NCBI GenBank assembly: GCA_043228905.1
Contig: JBHGNT010000013.1
Location: 1,178,001-1,242,000, forward strand
Reading direction: 5' to 3'
Source: Azolla caroliniana
Lineage: Eukaryota > Plantae > Polypodiophyta
DNA length: 64,000 nt
The notes beneath the pieces are model-generated. The model was not told where the DNA came from. It searched no databases and saw only the letters and a program-made list of their open reading frames with translations. The translations under genes and the position numbers were made by a program. Below, piece after piece: positions 13,701 to 24,462 of the stretch. Numbering within the stretch: position 1 is the stretch's first letter; every line of letters begins with the position of its first letter.

Positions 13701-14308
13701 TCGTAACCGGTTATATGCCGGCAGAACTCATGACCGGACAAGCACTGGTAATGCCGACGGAAACCGCAATCGCGACATGGACAATGCTACCATGGAAGGA
13801 AGAGATGATCCGGGAAGAACTACTAGCGGTCCAGATACGACAACTAGAGGGAAGACCGGAAGACATAGAGGAAGCAATACGCCGCCAACAAGAAGCGCGA
13901 TTCCGGAATAAAAGCCGGTTCGACACAAAGCACCGACTACGACCGCGGAAGATTGAAGAAGGAGATTGGGTGATTGTCTACGACAGTAGTTTGGATCATC
14001 AACATACAACGATGCAGAAGTTCACAAAAAGGTGGTTCGGACCATACGAGGTTCGGAAAGTTTTCAACAACGGAACTTACCGATTATGCGAGTTAGATGG
14101 AACAATGCTATGAGTGCCTATAGCTGGGAAACGGGTGAAGATTTTCAAGAAGCGGACTGATGAAGAACCCTATGTGATCCTAGACAAGACTGACCAGAAG
14201 GAGCAATTGGAAGAAGATCGCGGTGATGCGGAAAGTGAAGAAAGTGGATTAGAACTCATTGTCGACTTAAGGGGAGAATTGGAGGAAGCTTCGGATGAAG
14301 GTGAATAG
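10766..14308 (+). pseudogene. G4 pol (RT-RH-INT) with several premature stops
   Basis: WFTVPKKNGSLRFIQDL, DLYSGYDQ, LPQG, FLDD; RH IVTVDTS; INT GHRG, WMVDIV, DRGEL, YNPEANGKVER, WFGPY. Confidence 0.88.
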
Positions 14309-14461
14309 CAAGCATCGAGGACTTCGGCACATACCGGAGGATGTGCGGGTTCGGAGGGGGCGAGTGTCGTAGTGTAATTCGTACACTACGTGAAAAATTA
14401 CATTTTTGGTCTCTCCGGATAGGACATGGAGTACCTAGTGAGAACTGGAAGAAGGAACCGG

Positions 14462-15917
14462 TGTCGCGAAAATACGACGGGGATACGCGAACTTGAGGCA
14501 GGACCCCGGGGCCTCCGACCAGAGGATAATCACATTCGTGCGTTTATATTTTTAACAATTAACGGAAAGAAGAAATTTAATAATTTTCATTAACAAAGGA
14601 AAAAGAAATTACAATATGTCCCAAGATTGGGATTTAGAAGTTTTAGATTTACTAAGATTAATAGAAAAGAAAAATTAGGGGTTTTGGTAGATATGGCTTC
14701 CGTAGGGAAATTTAGGATTAGGTTATATGAGTATTATGGCTTTCGTAGGGAAGATTAGGGTTTTTGAGTGTTATGGCTTTCGTAGGGAATTTAGGAATTA
14801 TGAGAGTTATGGCTTCCCTAAGATAAGGGAGCTAAGAAGGAAAAGAAAAATAATATATAAGATGGAGAGCCTCGTTGATCATATGCCTCCACTTTTTGTT
14901 GCATGGCCTCTACTTTTAGTTGCATAGCTTTTCTTTTCGTTAAATCTATTTTTAGTTGCATGGCTTTTTCTTTTGGTTGCATGTGACTGTCCGCATGACC
15001 TTTACTTTTTCCATGCACTCCAACTTTAGTTGCTTGCGTCCACATGGCCTTTACTTTAGTTTTCTTCACTTTACTTTAGTTTGTTGCATGATCCAATCTT
15101 TCGTCCGTCCGCGTCCAACCTCGTCCGGTAGCCGGTTCCATTTTGCTTGCGGGCCGGTTCCGGTTTGCTTGCCGATTCCAGTTCCGGTTTTGCTTGCCAG
15201 CCGGTCCCGGTTTGCTTGCCGGTTCCGGTTCCGGTTTTGCTGGCCAGCCAGTCCCGGTTCCAGTTTTGCTTGCCAGCCGGTCCCGATTTGCTTGCCAGTT
15301 CCGGTTCCGGTTTTGCTTGCCAGCCGGTTCCGGTTTGCTTGCCAGCCGGTTCCGGTTTGCTTGCCGGTTCCGGTTCCGGTCTTGCTTGCCGGCCAGTTCC
15401 GGTTTTGCTTACCGGCCGATTTCCGGTTTGCATACCAGTTCTGGTTCCGGTTTTGCTTGCCGGCTGGTTCCAGTTCCAGTTTGCTTGCCAACCAATTCCG
15501 GTTTTGCATACCGACCAGTTTTCGGATTTGCTTACCAAACCCATTTTCCGGATTTGCTTACCGGACCCGTTTTCCGGATTTGCTTACCGACCGGTTTCCG
15601 GTTTTAGGGAATTTGGCCACCATCATCCATCAAGACAAAGTGGCCAAAGTGCTCTTAGCACAAATGAAAAATGAGGGAGCTCAAGGTGTTTATATAGCCA
15701 GGGCCTTAACTTTCCTATCTATGTGGGATAGTTCTAATTTCCCTATCTTCTGAAACTTTATTTTCTCATAACTTGATATGTATTTCTCCATTTTGTATAT
15801 AGTTAAATACATTTTGAAGCTCTTGAGTATATCCATCTTTCTATAATAAGCTACTAATCTAATCTATAATAATTATTTCATTATTTTTTTACATAGTGTG
15901 TGAAGATTCACACGACA
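14462..15917 (-). mobile_element. S1: solo LTR of a G4-related family inserted in the G4 3' LTR (TSD CCGG)
   Basis: TGTCG...CGACA termini. CCGG at 14458-14461 and 15918-15921. The reverse complement of the right end (TGTCGTGTGAATCTTCACACACTATGTAAAAAA) resembles the G4 LTR start. Confidence 0.8.
15110..15602. repeat. CCGG-rich minisatellite inside S1 (units such as GCCGGTTCCGGTTTGCTT, ~18-25 bp)
   Basis: Directly visible tandem array, which explains the overlapping repetitive ORFs in several frames. Confidence 0.9.
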
Positions 15918-15931
15918 CCGGTAAGGACCGA

Positions 15932-16658
15932 TGTCGTAGTGTATTTTGTACACTACGTGAAAAACGTATATAGTATTAGATTCAATAAAAAATGAAGAAA
16001 TAGAAGAAAATAGCAAAATAAATGGAACATGCATAGGGCAAGATTCGAACCTTGCACCTCCATGTTAATAATGTAATGTCTTACCATTACACTAGCATTT
16101 CATTAGTGTTAAAGCATAGATGTCCCACATAGAAAGGTAAATTCATGCTAGGATAAACATTAGAAAAACGCATAACAAAAGAAAAAGCTACACATACACA
16201 TCTAGCGTGCATGATAAAAAACGCACAAGTTAGAAAAAAGCATGATCACTTTAGATAAAGCATATAGTCTATCTATAGGAAAAGCATGGGGTCTATAGTT
16301 AGAGAAAAAGCATGGATTACTAAGACTTCCTCATCACTACATAAGGATGGGGAGCACAATGTAATTGTGTGTGAAAAATATTTGGAAACTAGATATGTTT
16401 CTAAAAAACACCAATTAATAAACTATACTCGTGGGATTCACGAGAATTCTATATCATTCTCTTTCAACCGAAGTTTATATTCTTATATTCATATTGATTA
16501 ATCTAATACAATACACTCGTGGGATTCACGAGTTTGCTATAACTCTTTCTTACAACATATTTATATTCTTATTAGCCTTAAACTCTCCTCTTCCTAGTCC
16601 AAAACCCCAGCGGTTCCCACCCGACTCACGCAACGATCCGGAGCCGAAAGGCACGACA
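15932..16658 (+). mobile_element. S2: solo LTR of a G4-related subfamily (TSD CCGA)
   Basis: Starts TGTCGTAGTGTA and ends GCACGACA like the G4 LTR. CCGA at 15928-15931 and 16659-16662. Confidence 0.88.
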
Positions 16659-17022
16659 CCGAAACCGGCAAGGAGACCCGGCAAGAGCCGGATGAAGAAG
16701 GCCGGTGAGAGTCGGTGAGAAACGGACGAAGAGATCGGTAAGGAGGTCCCGGTAAGAATCGGACAAAGAAAATTATCAAGCACCGGATGAAGCAGAACCG
16801 GAAAGAGCCGGATGAAGAAGGCCGGTGAGAGTCTCTCACCGGATGAAGAGACGTATTTGTAAATAGAAGAAAGTATAAAAATATATATATTACATGCATA
16901 GGGCAAGATTCAAACCTTGCACCTCCATGTTAATAATGTTAAGCCTTATCATTATAGTAGGGTATCATGAATTTTAAAGTTATACTAAACTTTATTCCAT
17001 GTAAAATTTCTAGACATGCATG

Positions 17023-20000
17023 TGTGAAAGTGTTTTTAGAACCTAAGCCATTGAACATTAGGAGAATATAAAGTATAGATAATTCACCTTTTGAGGATAA
17101 GAACACGAACTAAGACCTTAGGGAAGAAGTCAAAAGTAAAAGTACGAGACCAAGAGAAAAGTAAAAAGAGAAAACGCAGACTATAAAAAACAGTAAAAAT
17201 AGAATGGTCATAACTCCCTCGTTGTTTATCCAAATATCACGTTTAAATATGGATTAGAAAGCTTGTAAAAAGAGCTTTCTATATCTTTTTAAATCGCTTA
17301 ATTTGGATATCGGATGAGGGAGATATGACGATTAGAAGGTCGATGTGTCATAGCTAAAAATAGGGAGATAAAAAGCTTCTAAAAATAGCATGAACGTGGA
17401 TAAGAAGAGGAAGGTTATAAAAGAAGAAGTGATATTAGTGAGGAGGGGGGCTAAGAGTGAAGGCAAAAGAGTGGATGAGGAGTGTTAGGAAGAAGTGTCT
17501 TTGTGGAAGAGGAAGTGTCTTAGAAGAGGAAGGTCTTTGGTTTTAGTTCAATGTGGAGTTTGTCTCCTTTGTATTCTCTTGATGTTGGAATATCAGAACA
17601 TTCTTATTTCTTGCTCGCTTTCTCTATCTTTTTTCTTAGTTTCTTGAGTTATACTCTCTAATCATAATTACCTAGAGCTATATAATATATTATGATTTTC
17701 AACTCCATCTAATCGGTTTGGTCAAGCCCTCATATAGTGTATAACTATCTATTATCTTATACACCCTATCATTTTTGGCGCTCCAGGGAGGGCCGATCCT
17801 TTCCGTATAGGAAGAGAAGTTATCATTTAATTGTGTTACTATATTACATTAACTTAGCTATGCAATTTGCATTTTCGGGTGAAAGAACACAAGATGCTGG
17901 TGCCTTTTTGGCATGCTTTGAGCATCATGCCATATCTATTGGACGCATCACCGACAACGAAAAGTTGCCCTTGTTGGTAGCTACATTCTATGGTCGTGCT
18001 CGAGATTGGTATGACTCTCTTCCGCAAAATGAACAAGGAGAATATCAATTATTGGTGCATCAATTTCGTACAAGATATATTCAATGGAAAAGTGCAACTG
18101 AGGTAAGGGAGGAGCTTTTTCAACTAAAGATGGAATCACCTTTTGGTTTTTTAGAGTATGAACGAAATTTCCAAGAATTGTGGACGACGTGGATTCGTCT
18201 TCGTGGTGGCACCGAAGACGAGTGGTTTAAGATAGAACAATTTAAGGTGGGCCTTGATATGCATTTCCGTTTGGAGGCAAGCTTGAAGGATCCAACGACT
18301 TTTCAAGCTCTTCTCCAAGTTTGTCAAGATTATGATCGACAAGTGAAGATGATGAGTTCCATGGGGGATCCCCAAATGACGGCTTTGGGTGCAAATTTGA
18401 TGCCTCGTGCCAACTTTCAAGCCTCATCTTCAATTGTGCATGGGGGACAAGTGTTTCCAAATGTGTATACCACCACAACAATAAACCCAACAAGTATATC
18501 TCAAGAAGTGGAACAAGTGAAGAGTGAACAAGATACAATGGCGTTGGTGAATCGGCGCTTTGATGAAGTGATGGCCCACTTGCAACAATCCCGAGCAATT
18601 CGCAACACTATTCCCGATGGTGGTGGCTCTAGAGGGCATCACGGTGTAATTTGTTATTCTTGTCAAGAGGAGGGACACATCTCAACAAGATGTCCTCATC
18701 GACAACAAAGAGGCATGGGAAGAGGCATTTATCAAGTGCAAAGGAATGGACAACGACCTAACAACAATGAAGTCGAAGGAAACGTAACACTCCCTATGGC
18801 TCAGGTTCCTACAATTCCTCATAATGTGAATCTTCTTAATTTTATTGATGATAGTGATAATTCTTTTGAAGTAGCTCCTGTGAAAAGGACAAGAGCCTCG
18901 CAAAAGGAGAAAGAAGTTGAAGGAGAATCTAGTGACTCAAGACAAAAGAAGAAGTCTAAGGAGAATGAGAAAGAGGACAAATTGAGAAGGAGACACTCTA
19001 GAAGGAAGATAAAGATGGAGGATATTCCTATGGGAGAAGGTGTAGAATCTTTCAATCGGAAGCATGAATTGATATCGAGTGGACCAAGGATAACATGGCC
19101 GCAACTTCTCCAATTATCTCCCACATTACGAAAGGAGTGGGGGCGACTTGCAAGTATTCGCCAAAGTCGGAAGACTGTGCATTATGTGGGAATCGTGCGA
19201 GTAGAAGATCGAAAGGACATACGACCCACCATCCCCGTCTCCATCAAAGGGTTTCACATCAAAGATGCGTTGGTTGATAGTGGTGCTAGAGTAAGCTTGA
19301 TTTCTGAATTTGTGGTAAACAAAGTGGGAATTCCTATAAGTAGGTCATCTTCGGCAAGAGTGGCTGTAGCCGATGGTGGAGTGGTCCATTGCATTGGCAT
19401 AGTGGAGGATGTTGTCATCAAGTGTTTTGGGGTAAGCATTTCCATGGATTTTCATGTAATACCACTAAAAGGACCGTCATATTCTTTGGTACTAGGACGA
19501 CCATGGATGCAAGAACTCAATGTTGTCCAAGATTGGAGCAAAGGTTTGATGACCATAACGCCATCAAAAGGAGTGAGCATACATTATGATATGCGGCAAC
19601 AAAGACTTATTGAGAAAGAAGAAGATGGAATAACTGAATATGATAGTGGGTCCGCATATGAAAGTGATGAAAGTGAAGATTCCTCGTCAGAATGGGAAAT
19701 GACCACATCATATGCCGTTTTGAAGGAAGAAGATGATGAAGGAGGTTTAATTACTATGGAGCAAAAAGAGAAGATGATTTCTAAAGATCTTAAAGGGCAA
19801 GAGAGGCAACAATTTATTAATTTGATTTCTGAATTTCCTAACCTTTTCATTAGTGATTATGCTCATATTAGGGGTGTAGATGTCATCCAACATCACATAA
19901 ATCTAAAGGAGGGTACAACTCCCGTTGCGCAAAAGTTGCGAAGGCTAGGTCACGTGCAAAAGGAGGCCTTATTAAAGGAAGTCAAAGCTTTGTTGCGTGC

Positions 20001-23000
20001 ACAATTCATTTACCCAGTGGAAGATTCTGAATGGGTTTCGCCCATTGTGGTGGTACCTAAAAAGAATGGAAAATGGAGGGTTTGTGTTGATTACAAACCT
20101 CTAAATGCGGCTACCAAGAGGGATCACTTTCCTCTCCCTTTCCAAGATGAAATATTAGATGAAATTGCGGGTCATGAAATGTACTCTGTTTGTGATGGCT
20201 ATTCAGGTTATTTTCAAATTCGTATTGCGGAAGAGGATCAAAAGAAGACGACATTCATCACTCCATGGGGATGCTTTGCATATCGATGCATGCCCTTTGG
20301 ACTCACAAATGCTGTTTTTACATTTAATCGTCTTGCTATTCATGTATTCCAACCATTCTTTGGAAAGTTTGTTAGAGTCTTTATGGATGACTTTGCAATT
20401 TATAGTAGCAGGAAAGACCATTTGGAAAAGGTTCGCTTGGCATTCAAAAGATTGGAGGAATGCAAAATGCAACTCAACCCAGAGAAGTGTCACATAGGTG
20501 AAAAGGAGGTGGTGATGCTTGGTCATGTGGTGTCTCAAGAAGGAATCAAAGTTGATAGCTCAAAGATTGAAGCAATTCAAAAGATGACAACACCCACGAG
20601 TATCAAAGATTTGGAGGTATTTGTTCAAAAAGTTCGTTACTTTGAACGATTCATTCATATGTTGGCCCAAATTCTCTATCCTTTTCGCATTATTCTTCGC
20701 ACCAACAACTTCTTGTGGACATCTACAACTGAAGAGCAATATGTAAGAATAAAAGAACTATTATGTAATGCTCCTATTCTAAAGCCACCTGATAGAACAT
20801 CTACCTTCTTTCTTTCTCTTAGTGTTGGATCTCATGCTATAGGAGCCATTCTTATGCAACAAGATTCTGAAAATAGGCTTATGCATCCTATATATTTTAT
20901 TAGTAAAGCCATGTCTGATGTAGAGAAAGAATTCTTAGAAGTAGAAAAGTGGATGTTAGCTCTTATATATGCTTGTAAAAAGTTTAGAAGCTTTCTACTA
21001 CCTCATCATTTTGTAATAATCACTAGCATGTCATTACTCCCATATGTACTCCAACATGTGAGCATTTCAGCACGAATTGCTAAATGGGCTCTACTATTGG
21101 CGGAGTTTGATTTTGAAGTCAAATTGGAATCAACTATGCGTGCCGAATTGGCGGATCTTCTCACCTTTAGAGAAACCTTTCATGAAGAAGACTTGGTAAA
21201 GCTACGAAAGGCACTTCCCGAGCCGGATATGGAGGATGCATTCACCTTATTCTTTGATGGGGCATTTCGCAAAGCCACAAACATAGCCGTGGGTGGGATT
21301 ATTCTCAAGGATCCTCAAGGAGACAGAGTAAAAAGTGAAGGTATTACATTAAGTGGTGTGAATTCAAATAATGAAGCGGAGTATGCTACCTTGTGTTATG
21401 GTCTTCGTCTATGTAAAGCTATGAAGATAAAAAGATTAATTCTTAAGGGTGATTCCTTATTGGTAATTAAACAAATTCAAGGCAATTGGAAATGTCAAAG
21501 TGATGGGCTTAGAAATTTTTATAAAGAAGCAATGAGTCTACTAAGGTCTTTTGAAAAGATACAGGTTAAGCATGTGGGGAGATTATACAATAAAGAAGCG
21601 GATGCATTAGCTCAAGCCCAATTAGATAAGATCAAGGAAGGTTTCGTTGGTGTTTTGGAGACGTGCAAAGATGTAGATTCCCTAGAGGAAGTACATAATT
21701 TTCTTAATAAAGGAGAGTTTCCAAATAACCTCAATGCTTTGCAAAGAAAGCGTTTGGTGGCAAAGGCTTCACAATATCATTTGGTGGGTGAAGATTTGTA
21801 CAACAAAGGGAAAGATGGAGTTTTACGAAGAGTTCCTAACAAAAGCGAGATTATAAAGATACTCTTTAAGTTGCATGAAGAAGTTTGTGGTGGGCATTTA
21901 GCCCATGATATAATGATAAGAAAGATTTTACTAATTGGTTTTACATGGCCTACTATCCATAGGGATGTGCATGATTGGTGTAGATCTTGTGATGCATGTC
22001 AAAAAGCGGGAATAAGACATCTACAAAGTGGACCTTTACAACCCATTGTGGTGTTTGCTCCATTCGAGAAATGGGGAATTGATGCAGTAGGACCTCTTCC
22101 GAAAACTCAACATGGTAAAGAGTTTATTTTGGTGGCCATTGACTACATGACAAAGTGGGTGGAAGCTATAGCAACTTCCTCGATTAAAGCCAAAGTGTAG
22201 CCCAATTTGTGTATAAGAATATTTGTACTAGATTTGGAGTTCCCATGGAGATTGTATCCGATCATGGACCCGGTTTTAGGAGTGAAATGTTAGCTTGTCT
22301 ATTAAGCAAGTTGAAGATTAAGCATCGATATTCAACGCCTTATTATCCTCAAGCAAATGGTGCAGTTGAGAAAGTGAATGGGCTTATAGTGAAGAATTTG
22401 ACAAAGTTAGTGCAAGACAAAGTAAGAACATGGGATAGGTATTTGGATGATACTCTTTGGGCTTATAGAGTTTCTTATAAATCCTCCACAGGTTTTACTC
22501 CTTTTTATTTGGTTTATGGAAAAGAAGCGTTACTTCCGATCGAACTTGAGATCAAAAGTAATAGACTAATGGAGGCATCGCATCGCTCAAAAGGAAATGA
22601 TGTGATGAGTCGTTTAGCGAGCAACCATCTACTACAATATTCAAGAGAAGAAGCTGTGGAGCATTACTTAAATCAAGCAATGAAGAGAAAGGAGGCATAT
22701 GACAAAAAACACAAGGGCAACCACATTGAAGAAGGATCATTGGTTCTTAGGTATGATAATAGATATGATTATATTCAAGGACAAAAGCTTGATAATAAGT
22801 GGGAAGGACCCTTTGTGGTTCACAAAAAGTATGACAACGGAAGTTACCAATTGAAAGATGTGGATGGAGCACTTCATTCTTATCGAGTGAACGGATGGCG
22901 CCTTAAAAAGTATGTAACTCGGGGACCTACTTATATTCCCCAAGTTACTAATGATATTGTTGATACGGATGGATGGGAGCAAGAAGTGGGCTTGTTTCCC

Positions 23001-24028
23001 CATACATTATTTTCTTAATAGTCCATATTGTAGACCCATCTTTCTCTCTATTAACAAAGAGGAAGATGGTAATAGTGATTATCTTTTTTATTTGTAGAGA
23101 ATGTGAGGTTTTTCCTACCGATTAGCGGGGGTTTTACTCACATCTTTTTATTTTCTTTTTATTATATCTCTCTCATTGTCTATAGCCAAGAGATTGGCGA
23201 GAGAGCTTTTGTTTGTTAAGTACTGCCAATAAGTGCTTCGCCATAAATGGCTTAGCCTCTAACAAGGGGGAGGGCTAAATGTGAAAGTGTTTTTAGAATC
23301 TAAGCCATTGAACATTAGGAGAATATAAAGTATAGATAATTCACCTTTTGAGGATAAGAACACGAACTAAGACCTTAGGGAAGAAGTCAAAAGTAAAAGT
23401 ACGAGACCAAGAGAAAAGTAAAAAGAGAAAACGCAGACTATAAAAAACAGTAAAAATAGAATGGTCATAACTCCCTCGTTGTTTATCCAAATATCACGTT
23501 TAAATATGGATTAGAAAGCTTGTAAAAAGAGCTTTCTATATCTTTTTAAATCGCTTAATTTGGATATCGGATGAGGGAGATATGACGATTAGAAGGTCGA
23601 TGTGTCATAGCTAAAAATAGGGAGATAAAAAGCTTCTAAAAATAGCATGAACGTGGATAAGAAGAGGAAGGTTATAAAAGAAGAAGTGATATTAGTGAGG
23701 AGGGGGGCTAAGAGTGAAGGCAAAAGAGTGGATGAGGAGTGTTAGGAAGAAGTGTCTTTGTGGAAGAGGAAGTGTCTTAGAAGAGGAAGGTCTTTGGTTT
23801 TAGTTCAATGTGGAGTTTGTCTCCTTTGTATTCTCTTGATGTTGGAATATCAGAACATTCTTATTTCTTGCTCGCTTTCTCTATCTTTTTTCTTAGTTTC
23901 TTGAGTTATACTCTCTAATCATAATTACCTAGAGCTATATAATATATTATGATTTTCAACTCCATCTAATCGGTTTGGTCAAGCCCTCATATAGTGTATA
24001 ACTATCTATTATCTTATACACCCTATCA
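17023..24028 (+). mobile_element. G5: nearly intact, very young Tat-type Ty3/gypsy element with an additional RNase H (TSD GCATG)
   Basis: 749-bp LTRs at 17023-17771 and 23280-24028, one difference seen. GCATG at 17018-17022 and 24029-24033. PBS TGGCGCTCCAGGGAGGG at 17776-17792. PPT AAGGGGGAGGG at 23264-23274. Confidence 0.95.
17860..23018 (+). CDS. G5 gag-pol polyprotein (gag, CCHC, PR, RT, degenerate RH, archaeal-type RH, INT) with one frameshift at ~22198
   Basis: ICYSCQEEGHISTRCP; ALVDSGA; WVSPIVVVPKKNGKWRVCVDY..FMDDF; FFDGA..NNEAEY..GDS..NKEADALA; H..H..C..C, WGIDAVGP, YYPQANGAVE, WEGPF. One inserted G restores KAKVVAQFVYKNIC. Confidence 0.9.
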
Positions 24029-24462
24029 GCATGGTACAAAAGTTATTCATGCATAGACACTCGAGTTAAAAAGAAAAAGATGAGGTAGAAAGCTAATCAT
24101 GCACATGCAGTGTGCATGAAAACTAAAGATAGAAAAAGCATGATGCTTGCATGTGATAAACTGAGACTCTTCCAACACTATATAAGGAAGAGAGAAAGAT
24201 GTATAGAGGTTGTTGATTATTTTACTAGGGTTGATTAATATAATATAATCGTGGGATCCACGAATTTGCTAACTATTTTTCTCTCTTAATTTGATTACTC
24301 ACTAATACACTATACTCGTGGGATTCACGAGTTTTTCATATCCTTCTTTCTTACAATATATTTCATATTCTTAATTGCCTTAGAATTTTCATTCCTCCTA
24401 GTCCAAAACCTCAGCGGTTCCCACCCAATTCACGCAACGATCCGGAGCCGTAAGGCACGACA

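Larger units (their letters stand above)
7635..24462 (+). mobile_element. G4: non-chromovirus Ty3/gypsy element with tRNA-Trp PBS and 4-bp TSD GCGG; 3' LTR interrupted three times
   Basis: 5' LTR 7635-8530 (TGTCGT...ACGACA). 3' LTR in pieces 14365-14461, 15918-15931, 16659-17022, 24029-24462. GCGG at 7631-7634 and 24463-24466; removal restores G3 integrase TLSMSSADHP. PPT GGAGGGGGCGAG at 14353-14364. Confidence 0.92.

Noticed and set aside
14956-15753. Several overlapping 150-265-aa ORFs; the array could be mistaken for CRISPR
   Set aside because: These are products of a stop-free minisatellite in solo LTR S1. There are no unique spacers or cas genes, and the context is eukaryotic.
16028-16100. 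Functional tRNA gene
   Set aside because: A/B boxes are present but no coherent acceptor or anticodon stems. Reported only as a tRNA-like module.
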